DNA of 64,000 bases from NCBI GenBank assembly GCA_963790205.1, contig CAWBNQ010000003.1, positions 576,001 through 640,000 of the forward strand, given 5' to 3'. This DNA comes from Nitrospirota bacterium. GTDB lineage: Bacteria > Nitrospirota > UBA9217. Within the stretch, counting starts at the first letter, position 1. Each line of letters opens with the position of its first letter. This document shows, one piece after another, positions 10,008-19,383 of the stretch. The translations under genes were made by a program, and so were the position numbers. The notes below the pieces were generated by a model that was not told the origin of the DNA, searched no databases, and saw only the letters and a program-made list of their open reading frames with translations.

Positions 10008-12559
10008 TTTTTGAGTGCTCCCATCAGGCCGCCGGATATGAGGGACGCAAGGTTCGTCAGAATGCGGGGCAGCAGAAAGATCCGGGGAAAGACGATATAT
10101 TTCGGTTCCCAGAGCGGATCGAATTGTTCCTTGAACTGCCGCAACCCCTGGAAGTTATAAAAATGTTCGCCATGCCGAAAGATCTGCGCACCAAGGCGGT
10201 TCCAGACCGGCGCCAATGCCCGGTCCTCGAATCCGGCAAGGGGCGCCATACCGAGGTTGAATTGGCGATATCCCTGTTCCTTGCCCCAGAGCATCAGTTC
10301 CGCGAAGAGGAATTCCATGATCCCGTCCAGGGAACCTGGAACATGACGCATCAGGTCGATAGAAAGCTCCTCCTTGCCCGCTCCAGGCCAGATATTGGAA
10401 AAGGCGATGATGCCCCCTTCCTTTCTGACCAAAGCAATGGGAAATTCCCGCAGATAAGCATCGTTGAAATTCCCGAGGGAGAAACGTTTCTCCCGCGTGT
10501 TCTTGGCAGCAAGCCAGGCATCGGAGATGACTTTGAGTTCGGGCAGCAGCGCAGGCACCTCCGCAGCCGGCATGACCGAAAATACAGCGCCCTCACGCAT
10601 CGCGCGCCGATGTACATAGCGCAGGTCTTTCCTGCCTCTGCCCTCCAGGGAGAAGTCCGGCAGAAAAACTCTCGCCTCCTCGCCGATCTTCAGTGAAGTA
10701 AGTCCGAGGTCGATGTAGAGATAGAGACTGTTTTTTCCGGCTTCGTAGAACGCCGGCCATCCTCCCTGCCGGTCGCACAGCTCCCGAAAACTCCAAACCA
10801 GGTCCTTCCAGTCTTCTTCGCGGCCCATCGGGTCGCCCATGGCGATCCAGCTCCTTCCCTCCACGCCGTACATGATAAATGAATCGCCGCTCCCGCCGAA
10901 TAGAAACCTCTTGTCTCCGAGGAGACCAAGGTACGCCCTCGTATCCTTGCTCGCTATGATTACCGCGCGTGCCTTGCCCAGATCCTGGTCCCCGGCAACG
11001 GCCGTTTCCAACGGCATCGGCCGAAGAAGCCGCGTGATGCCGGCGATGACCGAGAAGCAGATTACGCCGACGCTCGCCCGCAGGAACCGCGATGCGTCGC
11101 CTTTAACGGTGAACTGCCACCACAGGTCCTGGGAATATTCCACGTGGCGATAGGCAAAGAGCCCCAGCCAGATCGATCCGGCCAGGACTGCAATGATGGA
11201 CATGATCCATCCCGCTGAAAAGCTTTGGCCCAGGAGCGAAGCGCGGCGGTAGAAAAACCGTTTGGACGGCAGCAGGGCGCCGAGGATGATCGCCAGGATT
11301 AATGCTTCTTCGTAATCAAAGCCCTTGAACAGAGAAAAGAGAATGCCCGCGCCGAGGAAGACGATCGTAAGATGGTATGCGGCATCCAGCCTTCGCTGAA
11401 TCCCCCGCGCCAGGAGCACCAGCGCGACGCCGCACAGGCTGCCGAGAAAGTGTGAAAGTTCGAGAAGAGGCAGCGGCAGGATGTTCTTTATCCATTGCAG
11501 CCGCGCAGGAAGCTCCGGCGTCGCGCCGGAGAACAGAAGCAGCGCGCCAGACGCGAAGATGATCACGGAAAGGACCCGGGGAGCAATTGCAGCCGCACCC
11601 TGTCCCATGACCCTGGCCAAAGCCGCAACTCGCATTTTAGCCGAAACCATTTCATAGGCGCCGAGCATGACCGCGGCAGCGATGAGCGGCAGGAGATAGT
11701 ATATCCCCCGGTATAACAGCAGGGCGCCCATAGTCTGTGATATTGTGGGCCCGGGAGGGTGGAGCAGGAGGAATACGGTCTCAAACACGCCGAGACCGCC
11801 CGGGACCTGGCTCACCAGGCCGGCGGTCTGAGCCAACAAAAAGACACTGTAAAAGAGCGGCAGTGAGAAAAGGTCCGCGTGAGGGAGAAGAACGAACAGT
11901 ACGCTTCCGGCCAGGAGCCAGTCGAGAGACGATACCGCGATCTGCGCCAAAGACAGCCCTGCCGAGGGAAGAGGTATCTCGCGATGCCCGATCATGAGGG
12001 GCTTCCTGCTGGCTGCGCTCCAGGCTATGTATGCGGCTGCTACGGCAAGAAAGAGGATGCCCAGCGGACGCGCGGAGACGATAGGCAGTCTCAGCGGTGA
12101 CGGCAGTGCGACCGGCTCGACCACGAATGCGATGCCTCCTACCGACAACAGCCCCAGCCAAAGCGTCAGCGTTGAAAAGGCAACCATCTTCGTGACATCC
12201 AGGACCGACAGGCCCCACGACGTGTACAACCGGTACCGCACGGAGCTTCCCGCAAGCATGGACATTCCTATGTTATTGCTGAAGGCATATCCGATGAATG
12301 ATGCGAACGCGATTCTTCCGTACTCCAGATTGCGGCCGACGTATCGGAACGCCAGGGCATCGTATCCCGTGAGGACAAGATAGTTCAGTGTTGTCAGCAG
12401 CACAGAAGCGATCAAGCCGAGGGCCGGGACGGCGCGCGCCTCTAAGGCGATATCCCTGTAGTGGTATTCGGACAACGCGCGGTGGAGGAACCAGAGGGCG
12501 ACGAGGAAAAGCACGAGACCCAAGAGAGCCCATAACAGGTTTGCAATTTTTCTGTTCAT
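10004..12559 (-). CDS. mprF: bifunctional lysyl-phosphatidylglycerol flippase/synthetase
   Basis: multi-TM N-terminus with VPGGLGVFE; C-terminal DLMR, FNLGMAPL and FYNFQGLRQFKEQF motifs. Confidence 0.92.
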   Translation of the reverse strand: MNRKIANLLWALLGLVLFLVALWFLHRALSEYHYRDIALEARAVPALGLIASVLLTTLNYLVLTGYDALAFRYVGRNLEYGRIAFASFIGYAFSNNIGMSMLAGSSVRYRLYTSWGLSVLDVTKMVAFSTLTLWLGLLSVGGIAFVVEPVALPSPLRLPIVSARPLGILFLAVAAAYIAWSAASRKPLMIGHREIPLPSAGLSLAQIAVSSLDWLLAGSVLFVLLPHADLFSLPLFYSVFLLAQTAGLVSQVPGGLGVFETVFLLLHPPGPTISQTMGALLLYRGIYYLLPLIAAAVMLGAYEMVSAKMRVAALARVMGQGAAAIAPRVLSVIIFASGALLLFSGATPELPARLQWIKNILPLPLLELSHFLGSLCGVALVLLARGIQRRLDAAYHLTIVFLGAGILFSLFKGFDYEEALILAIILGALLPSKRFFYRRASLLGQSFSAGWIMSIIAVLAGSIWLGLFAYRHVEYSQDLWWQFTVKGDASRFLRASVGVICFSVIAGITRLLRPMPLETAVAGDQDLGKARAVIIASKDTRAYLGLLGDKRFLFGGSGDSFIMYGVEGRSWIAMGDPMGREEDWKDLVWSFRELCDRQGGWPAFYEAGKNSLYLYIDLGLTSLKIGEEARVFLPDFSLEGRGRKDLRYVHRRAMREGAVFSVMPAAEVPALLPELKVISDAWLAAKNTREKRFSLGNFNDAYLREFPIALVRKEGGIIAFSNIWPGAGKEELSIDLMRHVPGSLDGIMEFLFAELMLWGKEQGYRQFNLGMAPLAGFEDRALAPVWNRLGAQIFRHGEHFYNFQGLRQFKEQFDPLWEPKYIVFPRIFLLPRILTNLASLISGGLMGALKK

Positions 12560-12837
12560 GATTGATATAATTTTACAAGATTTTTCGTTGAGCTGCCTGA
12601 AGATACTGCTAGGGTATGAAGTAAAATAAGAACTAGCCATAAAAAATTTATTTTTGATATTTAATGCAACCTTGATCAATTTTCGGTTCTTACAGGCTTG
12701 GCCCTGGAAGTTGTGAAAGAAGTACATTTTTCGCGCTATAATCGAATGAATAACTTGTCGTTGTTGCGATAGGCAGAGAGCGGGGTAAATGTCGATGACA
12801 GTCGTTGCAGGGCGTTCTACTAATACTTGAGGTAGCA

Positions 12838-13983
12838 ATGGGCATCGTTCGACACTTTCGCAGTGATGCACGGCGAGCACGGGACGCGCAAAAATGCCGC
12901 CACCTTAGGAGAGCGGCAATGCTCCTTGTTACAGTTCTCAGCGTGACCGGAGCTATTCCGGCTTCCTCCGTGAAACAGTATGCTCAAAAGAATCTCGCGT
13001 CCGACGTTGCCGGAGTGGGCCTGACGGTGAATTCCACCCTCGTGAACCCCTGGGGCCTGGCGCAATCGCCTTCGGGTCAATGGTGGATCGCAAACAACGC
13101 TAAAGGCGTCATCACCCTCTCTACCGGGAAGGGGCTGGCTTATCCCGTATCGGCTCCGTTGATCATCACCGTGCCATTGCCTCCAGGCACGACCGGCATG
13201 CCGTCAGCACCGACCGGCATCGCGCTGAACAGCACCGCCGATTTTATCGTGGGTCCGGGCAAGCCGGCACAGGTCATCTGCGTGACGGAAGACGGGACCA
13301 TATCGGGCTGGAACCCGGAAGTGGACAAGTATCATGCTGTTCTCGCTGTGGATAAATCGACGCAGGCTGTTTACAAGGGGGTGGCGCTCGGGCAGGCGCG
13401 GGGCCGGAATTATCTTTATGCGGCGAACTTCTGGGCCGGAACGATCGATGTCTTCGACGCCTATTTTCATCAGGTGGACCTTCCGGACGGCGCATTCGTA
13501 GACGGTCTGCTCCCGGGGAACTTTGCTCCTTTGAATGTGCAGAACATCAACGGAAAAATCTATGTTGCCTACGCTCAGCAGGACGTGGACTCCTATGATC
13601 CGGTGCGGGGCGCCGGGCTCGGTTATGTAACGGTTTACGACGAAGACGGCAAATTGATCACAAGGTTGAAGTCCGGGCCGGAGTTGAATGCCCCCTGGGG
13701 TATGACCCTGGCACCACGGGGATTCGGCAAATACGGCAATATGCTGCTGGTCGGTAATGCAGGGGACGGCACGATTGCGGTTTATGATCCGGCTACCGGT
13801 GAATTTAAAGGACGTCTCGAAGGAATGAAGGGAGACCTCATTACGATCCAGGGGCTGCGCGGTATAGCTGCAGGAAACAATGCGTCGGCGGGTTCTCCTG
13901 CAGCGGTCTATTTCTGCGCAGGCATCGACGAGGGGGAGCACGGGCTCTTCGGATTACTGAAGCCCGGCCCTCCGTCCAAGTAA
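12838..13983 (+). CDS. TIGR03118 family exported beta-propeller protein
   Basis: LVNPWGLA, TEDGTISGWNP, AVYKGVA and LNAPWG motifs. Confidence 0.85.
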   Translation: MGIVRHFRSDARRARDAQKCRHLRRAAMLLVTVLSVTGAIPASSVKQYAQKNLASDVAGVGLTVNSTLVNPWGLAQSPSGQWWIANNAKGVITLSTGKGLAYPVSAPLIITVPLPPGTTGMPSAPTGIALNSTADFIVGPGKPAQVICVTEDGTISGWNPEVDKYHAVLAVDKSTQAVYKGVALGQARGRNYLYAANFWAGTIDVFDAYFHQVDLPDGAFVDGLLPGNFAPLNVQNINGKIYVAYAQQDVDSYDPVRGAGLGYVTVYDEDGKLITRLKSGPELNAPWGMTLAPRGFGKYGNMLLVGNAGDGTIAVYDPATGEFKGRLEGMKGDLITIQGLRGIAAGNNASAGSPAAVYFCAGIDEGEHGLFGLLKPGPPSK

Positions 13984-14033
13984 AGGGAATAAGTCCAACA
14001 GGCGCAGGTACGACCTGCGGAAAGGAGACGGCA

Positions 14034-14492
14034 ATGAAAAAAAGAGGGGCGATCATTGCGATCATTTCGATCATCAGTCTTGTTGTGGCGGCAGAATCGT
14101 TCGGTCAGCGCGGGATGCACTGGAGAGGCGGCGGCGGATGGGGGATGGGTTCCCAGTACGGCAGAATGTACGATCCCAAAACCGTCGAGACGATCAGCGG
14201 CGAAGTGGAGCGCGTCGACACGATCACTCCGATGAAAGGCATGTCCGGCGGAGTGCATCTCGTGGTAAAAACAGACAAGGAGTCGATTTCCGTTCATCTC
14301 GGTCCCGCATGGTACCTGGAGAATCAGGACGTCAAGATACAACCCAAGGACAAAGTGGAAATAACCGGCTCCCGCATCACCTTTGACGGAAAACCGGCGA
14401 TCATTGCCAAGGAAGTGAAGAAGGGTGACGAAGTGATGAACCTTCGCGATGACAAAGGCTATCCGGTCTGGAGCGGCTGGAAGAGGAGATAG
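14034..14492 (+). CDS. exported OB-fold-like protein
   Basis: signal peptide; YDPKTVETISG, VHLGPAWYL and LRDDKGYPVWSG conserved-looking motifs. Confidence 0.7.
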   Translation: MKKRGAIIAIISIISLVVAAESFGQRGMHWRGGGGWGMGSQYGRMYDPKTVETISGEVERVDTITPMKGMSGGVHLVVKTDKESISVHLGPAWYLENQDVKIQPKDKVEITGSRITFDGKPAIIAKEVKKGDEVMNLRDDKGYPVWSGWKRR

Positions 14493-14508
14493 GGGTTGAA
14501 GGGTTTTG

Positions 14509-14540
14509 CGGAGAACCTGTGTCGATGGTTCTCCGTTTTC
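14509..14540 (+). terminator. intrinsic terminator
   Basis: CGGAGAACC/GGTTCTCCG stem plus TTTT. Confidence 0.7.
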
Positions 14541-14734
14541 CTTCTTGTAAATACTTCAGAGACTCTCCTCCACTTCTCTTTATGAAAGAGGGACATTCCT
14601 TGCTTCAGGAAAGAAGGGTAGGAGGTATTTCATGATAAATGGATGTTCAAACTACTGCGAGGTAGTTTCTAACGATTTGATTTCACTGTAACGTACAAAA
14701 AAATGTGAAAAGAGAGAGAAGTCGAGGTAACCAA

Positions 14735-15397
14735 ATGATCCCGCTAAAGGATATTGACCGCAGGCCCTCGCGCTTTCCGGTGATGACGAGCCTTATCATC
14801 GCGGCGAACACGCTCGTGTTTCTGCTTGAACTGGTGAATGGCAATGCTTTCATCGAACGGTGGTCGCTCGTTCCGTCGGAGATCGCATCCGGAAGAGACC
14901 TGATCACCGTTGTGACCGCGATGTTCATGCACGGCGGTCTGCTGCATATCGCGGGCAATATGGTGTTTTTCTGGGCATTCGGACCGGAGGTTGAAGACAT
15001 GATGGGGCGGGCGAGATATACCGCGTTCTACCTGTTGGGAGGACTGGCGGCATTCGGAGCCCAGGTTGCGCTGAATCCGGATTCGCAGGTGCCCACGCTT
15101 GGAGCGAGCGGCGCCATAGCGGCGGTCATGGGCGCCTTTCTCATCACGTTTCCCCGCGACAGAATCCGCACACTCGTGTTTCTCGGATTTTTTGTGACTA
15201 CTTTTCTTGTCCCGGCAATCGTGCTGGTGGGGCTCTGGTTTCTCCTGCAGATAGTAAGTGAAGCCGGCACGCTGGCGGAAAGTCAGACGAGTGGTGGAGT
15301 AGCGTATGCGGCTCATATCGGAGGCTTTATATTCGGCCTGGCCTTTGCGCGTTTATTTGAGGGCCGCCGACCGGGCAGACAGACTCAAACGATCTGA
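14735..15397 (+). CDS. rhomboid family intramembrane serine protease
   Basis: MFMHGGLLHIAGNM, GASG and AHIGG motifs. Confidence 0.92.
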   Translation: MIPLKDIDRRPSRFPVMTSLIIAANTLVFLLELVNGNAFIERWSLVPSEIASGRDLITVVTAMFMHGGLLHIAGNMVFFWAFGPEVEDMMGRARYTAFYLLGGLAAFGAQVALNPDSQVPTLGASGAIAAVMGAFLITFPRDRIRTLVFLGFFVTTFLVPAIVLVGLWFLLQIVSEAGTLAESQTSGGVAYAAHIGGFIFGLAFARLFEGRRPGRQTQTI

Positions 15398-15460
15398 TGC
15401 CGATGGTTCTTCCGTTACGCGGACCTTCACTTGCGGCAGGCGACATCGGAGAAAATTGTG

Positions 15461-18451
15461 ATGCTACGAATTAAAATAGTACGGATTTTATTTTTTATCC
15501 TTGCTCTGATTCTGTATAAGACTGACGTGTATGCTGCGAAGGAAAGACCCGGGCAATCGCTCCCGATCTACCGCCTCGCGGTTTCGTTCGATTTAAAAAA
15601 CGGTCTTGTGAGGGGCTCCGCGTCGATTACCGCGCCTGAAGCCGGGACGACAATGGTTTCTCAAGGCAATCTCAGGATCACCTCGGTCATGCTGAACGGA
15701 TCGCCCATACCGTACGGAGCAAAAGACAACGTCTTCAAGATAAGGGCCAAAGAAACGCTCGAAATACAGTACGAGGCGACATACAGGGGAGACGGAGGAA
15801 ATCTCGAGAATCCAGGCGTGGTGCAGGCCGGTCTCGTGAGCGACAGGGGCATCTCGCTCACGGGCAACTGGTACCCCGCGATCGAGGGACTTGCTTATTA
15901 TAAACTCACTGCTCTCGTTCCGGGCCATTTCATCGCCGTATCCGAGGCTGATGAAATTACTGCGCGGGAGACTGCATCCGGGAAGGAGTATTCCTTCAAT
16001 TTTTCTCATCCTTTGTCCGGGGTGGATCTCGTTGCGGGCAACTACCGGGAGATCAGGGACACCGTGGACGGCATCGCTGTCTATACCTACTTTTTCCCCG
16101 AAGACGTCTCCCTTGCCGCCGACTATATCAGCCACGCGAAGAAATTCCTGAAACTGTACCAGGAGCTGCTCGTTCCCTATCCCTACAAAAGGTTCTCCGT
16201 CGTGGAAAACATCCTGCCTACCGGTGAATCGATGCCCACCTTCACGCTCCTCGGGCAGGAGATCATCCGCCTTCCTTTTATACCCGAGACCTCGCTCGGT
16301 CACGAGATCACGCATCAATGGTTCGGCAACTATGTCTATGCCGACTTCAACAAGGGCAACTGGCTGGAAGCGATCACGTCCTATCTCTCGGACCATTTAT
16401 ATAAAGAACAGGAGGGCAAGGGATGGGAGTACCGCAAGAACATCATGATCGAGTTCCAGAGCTATGTCCACCCTGGAAACGATTTCCCGCTGAGAGAGTT
16501 CAGGGAAAGGACGGGCCGCGCGTCCATGGCCATCGGTTACGGCAAGGGCGCGATGCTTTTTCACATGCTCGAAACCATGGTGGGAAGAGAGACGTTCTTA
16601 AAATCCGCGAGAAGGCTTGTCACGGACCACGAATTTCAGGAAGCATCATGGGCCGATATAGAGAAAGTTTTCGAGCAGGAGTCCGGCAAAGACCTTGGTT
16701 GGTTTTTCAAGGAGTGGCTCGACCGCAAGGGCGTTCCTTCCTGGGAAGTGCGGAATCCCGGAGCACGGGTTTTAGAGGGGGTCCCTGCCGCTGCATTCGA
16801 GCTTCTGCAAAAAGGTGAGGCGTACAAAATCGAATTGCCCGCGAAAGCGGAAGACGCCCAGGGCGAAGTGAAGCAGACGCTTGCTGTCGATAAAGAGCGG
16901 CAGTATTTCACGATCGTGTCAAAAGTAGTCCCCACCGCCCTCATTTTGGACCAGGACTATGATGTCATGAGAGCGCTCACTTCCGGGGAATTCCCTCCTG
17001 TTATCGCTCGCCTGCTCGGGGATAAAAAAAAGCTTCTCGTTTATCCTGAAAAGGAGAAAGAAAAATACGCCGGGTTGATAGAAATTTTCAGGAGTGAGGG
17101 ATTCATCGTGAAGGAGCAGGAACAGGTGAACGACGACGAGATCCGAGACTCCTCTCTCCTTATTCTGGGCGACAGTCCTGTATGGAAGAGACTCTTCGGT
17201 TCAGCCGGAGAAAAAAGGCCGGGATTCCATCTCTTCGTCAGAAACAATCCCCTCAATACGTTAAAGGTCGCAGTCTCTGTTCGTGCCGATTCGAAAGAAG
17301 AGGCCGATCTCGCCGCGGAAAAGATATTCCACTACGGAACGTATTCGATGCTTCAGTTCGAAAAAGGGAAAAATATCGCAAAGGAAACCGCTGAAACAAG
17401 CCGCGGCATGGTTTTCAATATCAGCGAACCGGCAGCGGGGGTCGAGCCGAAAAAGACCTCAAATCTCGCCGAAATCATCGATACCATTGCCGGCAGCCCT
17501 CTTATCCTGATCGGAGAGCGGCATACCAATTACGAAGACCATAAAGTGGAGCTCTCGGTGATCATGGGCCTTCATGAAAAAGGGAGAAAATTCGCCATAG
17601 GGATGGAAATGTTCCAGGAGCCTTTCCAGAACGTGGTCAATGAGTATCTTGCCGGGTCCATCGATGAGCGGCAGTTTCTCAAAAAGACGGAATATTTCAA
17701 GCGCTGGGGATTCGACTACAATCTGTACCGGGAGATCATCGAATTCGCCCGGGCCAAGGGGATCCCGATCGTGGCGCTCAACCAGAGGACCGAGATCATG
17801 GACAAGGTGGCCATGGGCGGGCTCGATGCGCTTTCACCGGAAGAACGGAAGGAGATACCTCAGGACATGAACATGGCGGATGAGCCTTATAAAAAACGCC
17901 TGAGAGCGGTCTATGAGGACCATCCCCCGGGTACGACCTTTGCGAACTTTTACCAGTCCCAGATACTCTGGGATGAGACCATGGCGCACTCTGCGGCGCG
18001 GTTCCTCGAGGAACGGCCCGATTACCAGCTTGTGGTGCTCGCCGGGGTCGAACACATCATGTACGGATCGGGGATCCCGAGCAGGGTCCACCGGCTTACC
18101 GACAGGGAGTATTCGACCCTTATCAACGGCTCATTCGACAGCGGCATCGGCACCTATGTGCTCTTTCCAAAACCCCTCGATCCTCCCTTTACTCCGAAAC
18201 TGGGCGTGATCGCGAAGGAATCCGGCGGCAGGGTGGCGATCGTTTCTTTTCCGGATGAGAGCGCCGCATTGAAAGGCGGGCTCAAAGAAGGGGACATCAT
18301 CACTTCCGTAGACGGATGGAGGATAGAAACCGTTTCCGATATCAAGATAGCTCTCTTGGATAGGGAGCCGGGCCAGACGGTAAGCGTGAAAGTCATAAGA
18401 AAGAACTTTTTCCTCGGATCGAGGGACCTTGAATTTCACCTCGAACTCTGA
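15461..18451 (+). CDS. M1 aminopeptidase - ChaN-like - PDZ fusion protein
   Basis: HEITH-x18-E gluzincin motif, then IGERH / GMEMF / WDETMA / LAGVEH ChaN-type motifs, then C-terminal PDZ (GLKEGDIITSVDG). Confidence 0.8.
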   Translation: MLRIKIVRILFFILALILYKTDVYAAKERPGQSLPIYRLAVSFDLKNGLVRGSASITAPEAGTTMVSQGNLRITSVMLNGSPIPYGAKDNVFKIRAKETLEIQYEATYRGDGGNLENPGVVQAGLVSDRGISLTGNWYPAIEGLAYYKLTALVPGHFIAVSEADEITARETASGKEYSFNFSHPLSGVDLVAGNYREIRDTVDGIAVYTYFFPEDVSLAADYISHAKKFLKLYQELLVPYPYKRFSVVENILPTGESMPTFTLLGQEIIRLPFIPETSLGHEITHQWFGNYVYADFNKGNWLEAITSYLSDHLYKEQEGKGWEYRKNIMIEFQSYVHPGNDFPLREFRERTGRASMAIGYGKGAMLFHMLETMVGRETFLKSARRLVTDHEFQEASWADIEKVFEQESGKDLGWFFKEWLDRKGVPSWEVRNPGARVLEGVPAAAFELLQKGEAYKIELPAKAEDAQGEVKQTLAVDKERQYFTIVSKVVPTALILDQDYDVMRALTSGEFPPVIARLLGDKKKLLVYPEKEKEKYAGLIEIFRSEGFIVKEQEQVNDDEIRDSSLLILGDSPVWKRLFGSAGEKRPGFHLFVRNNPLNTLKVAVSVRADSKEEADLAAEKIFHYGTYSMLQFEKGKNIAKETAETSRGMVFNISEPAAGVEPKKTSNLAEIIDTIAGSPLILIGERHTNYEDHKVELSVIMGLHEKGRKFAIGMEMFQEPFQNVVNEYLAGSIDERQFLKKTEYFKRWGFDYNLYREIIEFARAKGIPIVALNQRTEIMDKVAMGGLDALSPEERKEIPQDMNMADEPYKKRLRAVYEDHPPGTTFANFYQSQILWDETMAHSAARFLEERPDYQLVVLAGVEHIMYGSGIPSRVHRLTDREYSTLINGSFDSGIGTYVLFPKPLDPPFTPKLGVIAKESGGRVAIVSFPDESAALKGGLKEGDIITSVDGWRIETVSDIKIALLDREPGQTVSVKVIRKNFFLGSRDLEFHLEL

Positions 18452-18529
18452 AACGAATGTTCGCGTCGTTGTCAGGTTTTCGGGAAAGCCAAAAACTGAA
18501 AAAATCAATAACCCAAGGAGGATGATGTC

Positions 18530-19375
18530 ATGAACACCGGCCAGTCCTGTCCCGTATCAAAACTAGAAAAATTGCTCGTAGCAACAGACCGTTCGATGTT
18601 CAGCGAGGGCGCGATAACCGCGGCGATAACCTTTGCAAAGCACTGTTCGAGCAAGCTCTATGTCATGACGGTCGTAGAAACGAATCCGGAATACGAGACC
18701 GCCGGCGCGGAGCTTCTGCAGAAGGAAACGGAAGAGGCCGCCCGCTACCTTGCAGCCCTCAAGGCGAGGGCGCTGGAAGAGATACCGTCCTGCGAGACGA
18801 TTTTTCGCCGCGGAGACAGCGCCTCTCGGCTTATTGTTGAAGAGGCGGCGCAGAAAAAAGTCGACATGATCGCGGTCGGCAGGCGCGGCCGGCACGGGCT
18901 GGAGAAGGTCCTCCTCGGCAGCGCAGCCGCGAAGATCATCGGCCACGCACCGTGCAAGGTACTGGTTGTTCCCCGGGCGGCAGGGATCGAGTTCAAGAAT
19001 ATTCTGGTCGCAACGGACGGCTCGGAGCACGCCCGCACAGCGGCCGCGGAGGCGATCGAGATCGCAAAACGCTGCGGAAGCCGGCTGACAGCTATTTCCG
19101 TGGCTCACTTGGAAGCCGAGAGGGAAAAAGCGCGGGCGAATGCCGGCGATGTCGTGCTGTCGGCGCAGCAGGCCGGTATCAATGTCGAGACGATGGCCCT
19201 TGTCGGGAAACCCCATGAGACCATAGCCGGGACCGCAAAAAGCATGGGTGTCGATTTGATCGTCATGGGCGCGTACGGGAGAACGGGACTCAAGAAACTC
19301 CTGATGGGGAGCACGACGGAAAAGGTGATCGGGCTGGCGGGCTGCGCCGTTCTGATCGCAAAGACAGCGCAATAG
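18530..19375 (+). CDS. tandem universal stress protein
   Basis: two USP domains (LVATDGS; MGAYGRTGLKKLLMGSTTEKVI). Confidence 0.9.
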   Translation: MNTGQSCPVSKLEKLLVATDRSMFSEGAITAAITFAKHCSSKLYVMTVVETNPEYETAGAELLQKETEEAARYLAALKARALEEIPSCETIFRRGDSASRLIVEEAAQKKVDMIAVGRRGRHGLEKVLLGSAAAKIIGHAPCKVLVVPRAAGIEFKNILVATDGSEHARTAAAEAIEIAKRCGSRLTAISVAHLEAEREKARANAGDVVLSAQQAGINVETMALVGKPHETIAGTAKSMGVDLIVMGAYGRTGLKKLLMGSTTEKVIGLAGCAVLIAKTAQ

Positions 19376-19383
19376 GAGCGGGC

